Source: an uncultured Candidatus Cloacimonadota bacterium (GTDB lineage: Bacteria; Cloacimonadota; Cloacimonadia; Cloacimonadales; WRIO01). From it: DNA of 64,000 bases. The DNA lies in assembly GCA_964573665.1 (NCBI GenBank), contig CAZNKI010000002.1:2767-66766 (forward strand). The letters run 5' to 3'. Position numbers and translations under genes: made by a program. Below are positions 26,906 through 36,091 of the stretch, piece after piece. Below the pieces are notes generated by a model. The model saw only the letters and a list, made by a program, of their open reading frames with translations, did not search any database and had not been told where the DNA came from. Each line of letters starts with the position of its first letter. Position 1 is the stretch's first letter.

Positions 26906-28438
26906 ATGAAGAAAGCGATGTTAATAATCATGGATGGGTTTGGGATAAATAATAAGACAGAGGGAAATGCTGTATTTCAGGCAAAGACCCCCTTTCTTGA
27001 TGGGTTGTTTAAAGAATATCCAGCAAGTCAGTTGAAGACATTTGGTAAAGATGTTGGACTTCCAGAAGGTATCATGGGTAATTCTGAAGTTGGACATTTA
27101 AATATTGGTGCAGGTCGAGTCGTATATCAACTTAATACACTTATCGATCATAAGATAGACACTGGAGAATTCTTTGAAAATCCCGCATTGTTATCTGCGA
27201 TTGAACATAGTAAACAAAACAATTCAGATTTACATTTAATGGGATTAATCTCTGATGGCGGTGTACACAGCAGTTTAGGGCATCTTTATGCTTTACTCGA
27301 TTTATGCGAACGAGAAGGTCTTGATCGCGTGTATATTCATTGTTTTATGGATGGGCGTGATACCTTACCACACTCAGGGAAAGGTTTTATCCAAGAATTA
27401 GAAAATCAATGTCAAAAGTTTAATATTGGGCAGATATCTACTATTATCGGCAGGTATTATGCGATGGATCGTGATAATCGTTGGGAGCGAGTAGAGAAGG
27501 CGTATAAAGCTTTGGTAATGTCAGAAGGAGAAGTTTTTGATGATGCTGTTGAAGCGGTCACACATAGTTATTCTCAAGACATTACAGATGAATTTATCAT
27601 TCCAAAGATCATCAAGGGAAAGGATGGTACTTTTCATCCCATGAAAGAACATGATTCAGTCATCTTTTTTAATTTCAGGTCAGATCGTGCCAGAGAAATC
27701 AGCCGTTGTTTTATCATGAAAGATTTTGAACATTTTGAAGTAATGAAATTCCAAAATTTAAAGTATATATCGATGACAGAGTACGATATTAATTTTGAAT
27801 CTTTACTACAAGTTGCATTTAGAAATGAAAAGCTTGAGAATATATTAGCCAAGGTTTTTGCAGATCATCATGTCAATCAGTTACGGTTGGCAGAAACAGA
27901 AAAGTATGCTCATGTATCTTTCTTTTTTAATGGTGGAGTTGAGCAAGCATATCAAGGCGAAGATCGAATATTGGTACCTTCACCGAAGGTTGCATCTTAT
28001 GATCTTCAACCAGAAATGAGTGCCTATCAAGTCAAAGATGAAGCCATTAAAGCAATCGAGTCAGGAAAATATGATGCGATCATCATGAATTTTGCAAATT
28101 GTGATATGGTCGGTCATACAGGGGTTATGGCTGCTGCAATCAAAGCGGTTGAAACCGTTGATCATTGTATGTCTGAGATAATCCCAATCGCATTAGATAA
28201 TGAATATCAGGTATTAATTACAGCAGATCATGGAAATGCTGAGCAGATGATTGATGATCTGGGTAATATCATGACTGCTCATAGTTTGAATCCAGTACCA
28301 TTTTGTATTGTGACTAAAGATAAAATCGTAAAAACATTATCATCAGGGGTCTTAGCTGACATTGCACCTACGATGTTAAAATTAATGGAGATTGATGCTC
28401 CCCAAGAAATGACTGGCCAAAGTTTAATCAAAGAATAA
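26906..28438 (+). CDS. gpmI: 2,3-bisphosphoglycerate-independent phosphoglycerate mutase
   Basis: GNSEVGHLNIGAGR (catalytic Ser), FMDGRDT, NFANCDMVGHTG and ADHGNAE motifs; 510 aa. Confidence 0.95.
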   Translation: MKKAMLIIMDGFGINNKTEGNAVFQAKTPFLDGLFKEYPASQLKTFGKDVGLPEGIMGNSEVGHLNIGAGRVVYQLNTLIDHKIDTGEFFENPALLSAIEHSKQNNSDLHLMGLISDGGVHSSLGHLYALLDLCEREGLDRVYIHCFMDGRDTLPHSGKGFIQELENQCQKFNIGQISTIIGRYYAMDRDNRWERVEKAYKALVMSEGEVFDDAVEAVTHSYSQDITDEFIIPKIIKGKDGTFHPMKEHDSVIFFNFRSDRAREISRCFIMKDFEHFEVMKFQNLKYISMTEYDINFESLLQVAFRNEKLENILAKVFADHHVNQLRLAETEKYAHVSFFFNGGVEQAYQGEDRILVPSPKVASYDLQPEMSAYQVKDEAIKAIESGKYDAIIMNFANCDMVGHTGVMAAAIKAVETVDHCMSEIIPIALDNEYQVLITADHGNAEQMIDDLGNIMTAHSLNPVPFCIVTKDKIVKTLSSGVLADIAPTMLKLMEIDAPQEMTGQSLIKE

Positions 28439-28455
28439 AGGTTTTAGGAGGAATA

Positions 28456-29355
28456 GTGAGAAGATTTATTACCATAATAATCCTGCTTGTTTCATTTTTA
28501 TTTTTAGGTTGTTCCAAATCACCCCTTGGATCAAAAAGAAATCCGATCAAGATGTATTTTGTACCATCTATGGAAGCCAATAAAATTATCAATAGTGCTG
28601 AAGCTATTTCAGAATATTTACACAATGAAACCGGTTATTATTTTAAAGTAGCTGTACCTACGAGTTATGCAGCAGTCATCGAAGCGATGGGGACAGATGA
28701 GGCTGATATTGCCTTTTTAGCCACATTTGCGTATATTATGGCGCATCAGAAGTATAATGCTCAAGTCGAACTCACTACCATAAGAAATGATCTAAGTCGT
28801 TATAAAGGTCAGTTTATCGCAAGGGCAGACAGTAAAATTGATACTTTAATTGACATTCAAGATAAAGTGATTGCTTATACAGATGCAGCATCCACTTCAG
28901 GATATATTTATCCTTCAGCAATTCTTAAAAAGATGAATATTGTTCCCAAAAAGGAGATCATGGCCGGCGGACATCCTCAAGCCGTGCTTGCCGTTTATGA
29001 AGGGACAGCAGACGTTGGATGTACATTCTGGTCACCTGAAGAAAATGGAGTGCCTCAAGATGCGAGAAATTCTATAGTAGAGACTCATCCAGATGTATTT
29101 GAGAAAGTAAAAATAGTTGGATTTACAGATTGGATCCCTAATGATACCGTGACATTCAGAGATAAATTTCCAGAAGAAATGAAGAATAAAATCGTCACCA
29201 CATTGTTGAAATATGCGAAAGATCCAGAGGGTAAGAAAGAACTAAAAGCATTATACCAAATCGATGGATTTATAGTTTCTCAAGATAGTGACTACGATGT
29301 TGTACGCTCGACTTTACAGACAATGGGAATGGATGCGAATGAATTATTCAAATGA
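28456..29355 (+). CDS. phnD: Phosphonate/phosphite-type ABC transporter substrate-binding lipoprotein (PhnD family)
   Basis: Lipobox LFLGC. PhnD-like layout (DIAFL, SGYIYP) and operon context with PhnC/PhnE-like genes. GTG start. Confidence 0.7.
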   Translation: MRRFITIIILLVSFLFLGCSKSPLGSKRNPIKMYFVPSMEANKIINSAEAISEYLHNETGYYFKVAVPTSYAAVIEAMGTDEADIAFLATFAYIMAHQKYNAQVELTTIRNDLSRYKGQFIARADSKIDTLIDIQDKVIAYTDAASTSGYIYPSAILKKMNIVPKKEIMAGGHPQAVLAVYEGTADVGCTFWSPEENGVPQDARNSIVETHPDVFEKVKIVGFTDWIPNDTVTFRDKFPEEMKNKIVTTLLKYAKDPEGKKELKALYQIDGFIVSQDSDYDVVRSTLQTMGMDANELFK

Positions 29356-30118
29356 TTACATTCTGGAGATCGAAGGGCTTAATAAATATTATCAGAATAA
29401 TTTTCATGCAATAAAGAATTTAAACTTAAAAGTTAAGAAAGGTGAATTTGTCATATTGCTTGGTTTATCCGGATCTGGTAAATCAACATTATTAAGATGC
29501 ATCAATCGTTTAATAGAATCAGATTCTGGAATCATTCGATTTCAAAATGAAGATATTCTACGAATGAATAAAGTTGATTTAAGAAGAAATCGGCGGAATA
29601 TTGGTATGATATTTCAGGAGTTTAATTTAATTCCTGCTTATAGTGTAAAGACAAATGTATTATGTGGGCGATTAGGTTATTTAAGTACATGGGAATCTAT
29701 CAAAATCAAAAGAGATAAAACACTGTCTGATATGGCAGAAAAGAATCTTGAATTAGTTGGATTAAAGGATTTTATACATCAAAAGGCAAGAAATTTATCA
29801 GGTGGACAGAAGCAACGCGTTGCCATTGCCCGCGCATTGATGCAAGAACCACAGGTTTTGCTTGCTGATGAGCCTGTTGCAAGTTTAGATCCAGCCACAG
29901 CGGATTCGGTAATGAAATATTTAGGGATATTGAATCAAGAGCAGGGGATCAGCGTGATATGCTCATTACATTTTCTTAGTTTAGCAAAAAAATACGGAAC
30001 TCGAGTAGTTGCATTGAAAGCAGGAGAGATAGTATTTGACGGTAAGCCAGATGAGATTACCGATGAACGATTTAAGCAAATCTATGGTGAATCTGCTGAA
30101 AAAGTAGATATTCGTTAA
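29333..30118 (+). CDS. phnC: Phosphonate-type ABC transporter ATP-binding protein (PhnC family)
   Basis: Walker A GLSGSGKST, signature LSGGQKQRVAIARAL, Walker B LLADEP. Start chosen at the ATG at 29333 (or 29339) rather than the ORF-track 29288, which lies deep inside phnD. Confidence 0.8.
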   Translation: MRMNYSNDYILEIEGLNKYYQNNFHAIKNLNLKVKKGEFVILLGLSGSGKSTLLRCINRLIESDSGIIRFQNEDILRMNKVDLRRNRRNIGMIFQEFNLIPAYSVKTNVLCGRLGYLSTWESIKIKRDKTLSDMAEKNLELVGLKDFIHQKARNLSGGQKQRVAIARALMQEPQVLLADEPVASLDPATADSVMKYLGILNQEQGISVICSLHFLSLAKKYGTRVVALKAGEIVFDGKPDEITDERFKQIYGESAEKVDIR

Positions 30119-30128
30119 AGGGGAAGAA

Positions 30129-31073
30129 TTGAGTCAAAAGATCAAGTTATATTTTGTTTATCTTGCACTACAGCTTTTAAACATAGCGTCTATCAATTAT
30201 ATTTATCTTTATTTTAGTGAGCAGACTTTTAATCCTGTTCCATTTTCGATTATATTCATAGTTTCTGCTCTAATCTATCCATGGTTTAATGAGCGATTAT
30301 TTAAAAAGATGCAGGTATGGTTAGTAGGTTTCTCTATCCTTATAACATTTGTGGTCGGATTTTTATTAGTAGAGATTACACCGATCAAGTTTTTATTCAA
30401 TTTTCATAAAGCCTCAAATATTTTAAGCCGTTTAGTTCGCCCAAACTTTTCATTATTTTTTCCGATGCTTGGGTCTTTGATGCAAACGATATATTTGGCA
30501 TTAATGGCGACATTGTTAGCCATCCCTTTTGCATTTGTGATCAGTTTTTTTGCTTCTAGAAATCTGATGCCTAAGAATTTTATTCCCAATAGCATTTATT
30601 ATTTTACACGAACGATATTTACTTTTACCCGATCAATAGAGGCAATCGTATGGGCGATAATATTTACAGTATGGGTAGGGATTGGTCCATTTGCAGGCAT
30701 GCTGGCTTTATGGATACATTCAATCGCATCATTAGTTAAACTATATTCAGAGCAAATAGAAAGTATTGATCATGGTCCAATAGAAGCAATGCAAGCGACA
30801 GGAGCCAACATGATACAGATATGGATATTTGCAGTGATTCCTCAAATATTATCCCCATTTTTAGCATTTACCATTTACCGATGGGATATTAATATCCGTA
30901 TGGCAACGATTGTAGGCTTTGTTGGAGGTGGAGGTATCGGTCAAGCATTGCAACAACAGCAACAACTTTTACGTTGGAGTAATGTGAGTATGATTATGTT
31001 GATGATTGCAGTTACTGTTTGGATTATGGATATTCTCAGTGCAAGGATCCGTGAATATTTATTAAGGAAGTAA
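30129..31073 (+). CDS. phnE: Phosphonate-type ABC transporter permease (PhnE family) with extended N-terminus
   Basis: Multi-TM protein with an EAA-like loop (IEAMQATGAN). TTG start as in the ORF track. About 100 extra N-terminal residues with additional TM helices. Confidence 0.7.
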   Translation: MSQKIKLYFVYLALQLLNIASINYIYLYFSEQTFNPVPFSIIFIVSALIYPWFNERLFKKMQVWLVGFSILITFVVGFLLVEITPIKFLFNFHKASNILSRLVRPNFSLFFPMLGSLMQTIYLALMATLLAIPFAFVISFFASRNLMPKNFIPNSIYYFTRTIFTFTRSIEAIVWAIIFTVWVGIGPFAGMLALWIHSIASLVKLYSEQIESIDHGPIEAMQATGANMIQIWIFAVIPQILSPFLAFTIYRWDINIRMATIVGFVGGGGIGQALQQQQQLLRWSNVSMIMLMIAVTVWIMDILSARIREYLLRK

Positions 31074-31075
31074 TC

Positions 31076-31735
31076 ATGTTTAAAGCAGTAATATTTGATC
31101 TTGATGGGACTTTGATTGATTCCATGGGCATTTGGGCAGAAGTGGATATTGAGTTTTTAAATAAGCGGAATATTCCTATTCCAGAGGATTTATTTGCTGA
31201 TATGCCAGAAGGTAATAGTTTTAATGATCTTGCTATATATTTTAAAGAGAAATTTAGTTTAGAAGAAGATTTAGAAACGATCAAGAATGAGTGGCATGAG
31301 ATGGTTGAAGAATATTATTCCAAAAAGATAGGGTTGAAGGAAAATGTCTTGAAGGTTTTAGATCTACTCCGAGAGAAGAATATCCCCATGGCTATAGGCA
31401 CAAGTAATTCTGAATATTTAACAGAGAAAGTACTCGAATTTAATCAAATCAAGGATTATTTTAGATATTTAAGCTGTGGATGTCATGACATAAAAGGCAA
31501 ACCATTTCCTGATATATTTTTACGAGCTGCAGAAGAACTAAAAGTAAGTAAAGAACATTGCTTGGTACTTGAAGATACATTGTATGGGGTGCAGGCTGCC
31601 AAGAACGCTCAAATGAGGGTTTATGCGATGTTTGACAAATATTCTCTCCATGAACAAGCAGAGATAAAAAAGCATTCTGATCAGTTTTTTAGAAACTTCA
31701 ATGAGTTATACAATTATTTAAGAGATGTCTTATGA
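31076..31735 (+). CDS. HAD-superfamily hydrolase (beta-phosphoglucomutase-like subfamily IA)
   Basis: Motif I FDLDGTLIDS, motif II GTSNS, motif IV LEDTLYGVQAAKNA. Confidence 0.8.
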   Translation: MFKAVIFDLDGTLIDSMGIWAEVDIEFLNKRNIPIPEDLFADMPEGNSFNDLAIYFKEKFSLEEDLETIKNEWHEMVEEYYSKKIGLKENVLKVLDLLREKNIPMAIGTSNSEYLTEKVLEFNQIKDYFRYLSCGCHDIKGKPFPDIFLRAAEELKVSKEHCLVLEDTLYGVQAAKNAQMRVYAMFDKYSLHEQAEIKKHSDQFFRNFNELYNYLRDVL

Positions 31736-32385
31736 GTTTAATACGATTTGATGATCAATCAGTAATAGAAGTGAATAATATCTATTGCTTAGGTTTAAAT
31801 TATAAAAATCATATTCAAGAGATGAATCACAGTTTACCCAAAGAACCAGTTGTTTTTTTGAAGAATAATCAATGTATCAGTCATGATCAAGAGATTATCA
31901 AGATACCTGAATCATGTCAGGATTTTCAATATGAAGTTGAGTTGGTCGTATGTATCGGCAAGGGCGGGTCAAATATACTAAAAGAAAAAGCATATGAATA
32001 CATTCTTGGATATGGTGTAGGTATTGATTTTACAATGAGAGATAAACAAGCTGAAGCAAAGGCAAAAGGCTTACCTTGGACACTTTCAAAATCATTCAGA
32101 CAGTCTGCATTTGTTTCAGAATTTAAAAAATACGGCTCTACGATTAATCTTCATCAGATGGAGATTAGCTTAAAAGTGAATGATTATCTTCAGCAACGTG
32201 GAAACACAAAAGATATGATATTTAAGTTGGATGAGATTATCAGTTATCTTTCGCGCTATTTTACATTAGGAGAAGGAGATCTTATATATACAGGAACACC
32301 TGAAGGCGTTGGATCATTACTGCCAAATGATAAAGTTGAGATCTTTATTGATCAACAGTTAAAGGGTTCTTGTACTATTCAATAG
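31732..32385 (+). CDS. Fumarylacetoacetate hydrolase (FAH) family protein
   Basis: FEVELVVCIGKGG, D.T.RD, GDLIYTGTPEGVG motifs. ATGA overlap with the HAD gene. Confidence 0.8.
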   Translation: MSLIRFDDQSVIEVNNIYCLGLNYKNHIQEMNHSLPKEPVVFLKNNQCISHDQEIIKIPESCQDFQYEVELVVCIGKGGSNILKEKAYEYILGYGVGIDFTMRDKQAEAKAKGLPWTLSKSFRQSAFVSEFKKYGSTINLHQMEISLKVNDYLQQRGNTKDMIFKLDEIISYLSRYFTLGEGDLIYTGTPEGVGSLLPNDKVEIFIDQQLKGSCTIQ

Positions 32386-33088
32386 AAACTTTTTCAATAT
32401 CAAAGGGAAGAAATTGTTCTTTGATATGCTTTAATGAAGAAAATAGATTATCGTATATATCAATCTTTGGGTGATTCTCTTTAATAGATTTTAATAGATT
32501 TCTTATATATGCCCTTTTAGAGTTCAGATTTTCAGGGCAATCATTTGTTTGAATAATGAATTTTTGTTCCTTACAGTATTTCAAAATAAGTTCTTCTTCG
32601 ATATTGAATAATGGTCTTATAATAAAATACTGATTTGAGAATAAAGATTGAACGGGTTTGATAGTACTGATTTCTCTGCTGAAAAGCATATTCAGCAATA
32701 GCGTTTCGATTACATCGTTTTGGTGATGTGCAAAACAGATTTTATTACTCGATTTAGATTCAGCGTATTCTAAAAGTTTTTTTCTCCTCAGTCTCGAACA
32801 GATAAAACAAGGATTCTTCCTTTGATCGGGGAGATGAGATTGATCGTAAATATCGGTCTCAATAACCTCAACTTCATCAATCATAGAGAAGTTTATTTGC
32901 TGATCTCTTTTATTTTTTATATGTACCGGATAAATCTTGGTATGAAACTGTTTGATCAGTTTTAGCATTGCTAAGCTATCTTTTCCTCCTGATACAGCTA
33001 GAATAATAGGTTCATCAGGAAGAAACATATTTTCATGAATAACATCCAATTTTAGTCTATCCAAAATAAGAGTTTCGAGTTTAGTCAT
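32375..33088 (-). CDS. PP-loop ATPase, tRNA 2-thiocytidine biosynthesis TtcA-like
   Basis: PP-loop SGGKDS, CFICSRLRR cysteine motif, HHQND segment. Confidence 0.7.
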   Translation of the reverse strand: MTKLETLILDRLKLDVIHENMFLPDEPIILAVSGGKDSLAMLKLIKQFHTKIYPVHIKNKRDQQINFSMIDEVEVIETDIYDQSHLPDQRKNPCFICSRLRRKKLLEYAESKSSNKICFAHHQNDVIETLLLNMLFSREISTIKPVQSLFSNQYFIIRPLFNIEEELILKYCKEQKFIIQTNDCPENLNSKRAYIRNLLKSIKENHPKIDIYDNLFSSLKHIKEQFLPFDIEKVSIE

Positions 33089-33163
33089 AAAATCTCCTTA
33101 AAATGTAAAAAAAAACTTGCCTTAAATGTTGTAAAGAAAATAATATAACTTAAAGAGGTATGC

Positions 33164-33943
33164 ATGGAAGAAAACAGCAAAAGGCTGCTTGAAATCAAAA
33201 GGTTTAGTTTGGATGGAGAAGAATATCTTACCGATCTTATTGTAAGGGAAGTCTCATTAGAGATATATATTAATGGACGAAGATTTATTGGTTTATCATG
33301 TATTCCCGAATACTTTGAAGATTTAGCTATCGGATTTCTCTATTCAGAAGGTATCATCATTAATCCGCGTGAGCTATTATCATATAAGTTTGATCATGAG
33401 ACAATAAGTATTTTCTTTGAATGTGATATTCCCAATGATCGCATCCAACAGTTTATGCAATCCCGTGAAAGAACCTCTGGTTGTGCTTCTTCATTAAGTT
33501 CATCTTTGAGTGGTCATCGTAAGAATTTTCCAAAGCTGAGTATCAAACGTGAGTTAATCATTGAGTCAATGATTGAATTTCAGAAGAATTCTCAGCTATT
33601 TAAAGAGACAGGTGGCGTACATAGTGCTGGAATGATACGAGAGGAGAAGATCGATCGTGTCGTCAACGATATTGGCCGTCACAACGCTATTGATAAGGTC
33701 GCTGGATATTATTTTAGACAGTCAAAAGACTTAAGTGATAGTATTATCATCTCCACAGGCCGGATATCATCAGAAATTGTAAAAAAAACGATTCGTTTAG
33801 GGATCCCCATCCTCGTTTCCCATTCAGCACCTACATCGGAAGCTGTTCGTTTAGCGTGGGATTATAAATTGTATTTAATTGGTTTTTCGAGAGGGACTCG
33901 ATTTAACCTATACACAGGCTTTAATGAGATAAATATAAAATAA
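33164..33943 (+). CDS. fdhD: Formate dehydrogenase accessory sulfurtransferase FdhD
   Basis: TSGCASS (active-site Cys loop), GGVHSAG, GRHNAIDK motifs. Confidence 0.85.
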   Translation: MEENSKRLLEIKRFSLDGEEYLTDLIVREVSLEIYINGRRFIGLSCIPEYFEDLAIGFLYSEGIIINPRELLSYKFDHETISIFFECDIPNDRIQQFMQSRERTSGCASSLSSSLSGHRKNFPKLSIKRELIIESMIEFQKNSQLFKETGGVHSAGMIREEKIDRVVNDIGRHNAIDKVAGYYFRQSKDLSDSIIISTGRISSEIVKKTIRLGIPILVSHSAPTSEAVRLAWDYKLYLIGFSRGTRFNLYTGFNEINIK

Positions 33944-33953
33944 GGAGGAAAAG

Positions 33954-35477
33954 ATGAAAGTACAATTGCAAGAACAATTACAAGGTGATTTTCCTGTCGT
34001 AATTGCCGGTTGGGAAGGGATGAAGCTCAATGTTTTAAGTCCATTTATTCCTACTCCTATGCAGAAAATGATTGAGAACTGGATGGCTAAGAATGAGTTT
34101 AGCTGGAAAAAAGATGCTTTAGAGAGCATTCAAATCGTTAATGGTAAAGAAGATCGATTAATCGTTTTGTATGGATTAGGAAAGATTGAAGGGAAACTTA
34201 ATCACTTACAAATTCAGACAATGTTTGCTCAAATATATCATAAGATTAAAAAATCAAAAGTTAAAGATTTTCATTTTGTAGCAGATCATCTGAGTACATC
34301 TATCAATGATTTTACAGAGTTCGTAAAATTAATCGTACAAACTATAGTGGAAAGCGCTTATGTTTTTGATACATTCAAAGAGAAGAAGGACGACTATCAA
34401 TTTAACAAACTGATTTTACTTAGTCATCAAAATATTGAGATGTTACCAAAGCTAGTTCTAGAAGCTATGGCATTTGGTGAAGCAGTAAATATTGCAAAGC
34501 AACTGGTGAATGAACCAGCAAATGAGTTAACACCTCGCAAGCTTGCAGAAATGGCACAGAAAACAGGTAACTCGTATGACTTTGAAGTCAAAGTCTATGA
34601 TGAGAAGAAAATCGCTTCATTTGGAATGGAAGCTTATATTAATGTTGCTAAGGGCTCTGACAATCAACCTCGATTGATCGTAATGTATCATAAGGGAGAT
34701 CCAGATAATCCACATGATATCGTTGGTTTGATTGGAAAAGGTCTAACCTTTGATACTGGCGGATATAATCTCAAACCAGGCGAAGGTATGGGTAATATGA
34801 AGAATGATATGGGTGGTGCAGCAGGCGTTATAGGCGCAATGGCAGCCATCTCAAAAGCTAAACTACCTATTAACGTTACCGCCGTTATAGCAGCATGTGA
34901 AAACATGATATCAGGAAGAGCTTATCGTCCTGGCGATATCATTGGGTCGATGGCTGGTAAAACCATAGAAATTATCAGTACAGATGCAGAAGGCCGACTT
35001 ACATTGATTGATGCTATACAATTTGCAATTAAACATGAACGAGTTAGTAAGATTATTGATGTCGCTACATTGACAGGTGCTGCTGTCGTTGCCTTAGGTG
35101 GTATTCGTTCTGCAGTGATGACTAATGATGATCAATTGTATGAAACACTTTCAAAAGTTGAACAATACTCTAATGAGAAATTCTGGTTATTACCTGGAGA
35201 CAAAGAGTATGCTGAGATGAACAAATCTGATGTAGCAGATCTTAAGAATTCAGGAGGTCGTTGGGGTGGCGCAATCGCTGCGGGAATGTTTATCAAAGAG
35301 TTTGTTCAAGATCATCCATGGATGCATATTGACATTGCAGGTACAGCTATGACCGAAAAGCCAAAAGCGTGGCAACAAAAAGGTGGTACGGGAGTGCCTG
35401 TTAAATCATTATTTTATTTAGTCAAAGAATTATCTTCAAAAAATTCTGCACCCGCTCCAAGTAAGAAGAAGAAATAA
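33954..35477 (+). CDS. pepA: Leucyl aminopeptidase (M17)
   Basis: GKGLTFDTGGYNLKP, MKNDMGGAA, STDAEGRLTL (NTDAEGRL-type) motifs. Confidence 0.9.
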   Translation: MKVQLQEQLQGDFPVVIAGWEGMKLNVLSPFIPTPMQKMIENWMAKNEFSWKKDALESIQIVNGKEDRLIVLYGLGKIEGKLNHLQIQTMFAQIYHKIKKSKVKDFHFVADHLSTSINDFTEFVKLIVQTIVESAYVFDTFKEKKDDYQFNKLILLSHQNIEMLPKLVLEAMAFGEAVNIAKQLVNEPANELTPRKLAEMAQKTGNSYDFEVKVYDEKKIASFGMEAYINVAKGSDNQPRLIVMYHKGDPDNPHDIVGLIGKGLTFDTGGYNLKPGEGMGNMKNDMGGAAGVIGAMAAISKAKLPINVTAVIAACENMISGRAYRPGDIIGSMAGKTIEIISTDAEGRLTLIDAIQFAIKHERVSKIIDVATLTGAAVVALGGIRSAVMTNDDQLYETLSKVEQYSNEKFWLLPGDKEYAEMNKSDVADLKNSGGRWGGAIAAGMFIKEFVQDHPWMHIDIAGTAMTEKPKAWQQKGGTGVPVKSLFYLVKELSSKNSAPAPSKKKK

Positions 35478-35484
35478 TTACATT

Positions 35485-35820
35485 ATGATTCAGATATTTG
35501 GCACAAAAAAGTGCAAGGATACACAGAAAGCGATTCGTTATCTCAAAGAGAGACGGATAGAATTTCAATTTATCGATTTGAATATCAAAGGAATGAGTCC
35601 TGGCGAGCTCAACAAAGTGAGTCAGAAAATTCCATTGGAAGAGATGATTGATAAAACAAGTAAAGAATATGAGAAGAAGAATCTGAAGTATATCAAGCAT
35701 GATGTACGAACGGTACTATTAGAGTATCCTCTACTACTACGGACACCAGTGATTCGTAATGCAAATCAAGCATTTATTGGGTTTGATCCAGATCTGCTTG
35801 ATCAAATGATACAAAATTAA
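35485..35820 (+). CDS. ArsC/Spx-family thioredoxin-fold protein (YffB-like)
   Basis: 111 aa with N-terminal IQIFGTKKCKDTQKA..L....IEFQFIDL, typical of the ArsC family. Confidence 0.75.
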   Translation: MIQIFGTKKCKDTQKAIRYLKERRIEFQFIDLNIKGMSPGELNKVSQKIPLEEMIDKTSKEYEKKNLKYIKHDVRTVLLEYPLLLRTPVIRNANQAFIGFDPDLLDQMIQN

Positions 35821-35846
35821 AGGGACTCTAAAGTCCCTTTTTTTAT
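35820..35846 (+). terminator. Rho-independent terminator after the arsC-family gene
   Basis: AGGGACT / AGTCCCT hairpin (35821-35827 / 35832-35838) followed by T7. Confidence 0.8.
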
Positions 35847-35890
35847 TGATCTACTGCTATCTTCTGGGGGATGTCTCGCTCACATCTTCT

Positions 35891-35907
35891 TTCTATCCTG
35901 TAGAAAA
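35891..35907 (+). repeat. Interspersed repeat A, core copy 3
   Basis: Exact 17-mer TTCTATCCTGTAGAAAA, located between convergent genes. Confidence 0.9.
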
Positions 35908-35911
35908 GTCT

Positions 35912-36018
35912 AGAGCTTTGAATTAGAAGATAAAATGTGACTTCTTTGTTATTAAATTTTTTATCAATCGGCATTTACGGCTCGAGCCGAGCCGGCTCCA
36001 TTACTAATTCAAAGCTCT
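35912..36018. repeat. 15-bp perfect inverted repeat AGAGCTTTGAATTAG / CTAATTCAAAGCTCT enclosing repeat B copy 2
   Basis: Arms at 35912-35926 and 36004-36018 with a 77-nt interior containing the GC-rich B core. Confidence 0.85.
35973..36009 (+). repeat. Repeat B core copy 2 (ATTTACGGCTCGAGCCGAGCCGGCTCCATTACTAATT)
   Basis: 36 of 37 nt identical to 21707-21743. In both copies TTTGAATTAGAAGA lies 52-53 nt upstream. Confidence 0.9.
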
Positions 36019-36030
36019 CTAGTCAATAAA

Positions 36031-36066
36031 GAGTAAAAAGAAAAAGGAGAATCCTGAAGATTCTCC
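36031..36066 (-). terminator. Rho-independent terminator of secF (minus strand; weakly bidirectional)
   Basis: GGAGAATC / GATTCTCC hairpin (36046-36053 / 36059-36066) followed by TTTTTCTTTTT on the minus strand. Confidence 0.75.
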
Positions 36067-36091
36067 TTTTATGATATCTGATTAGATATTA

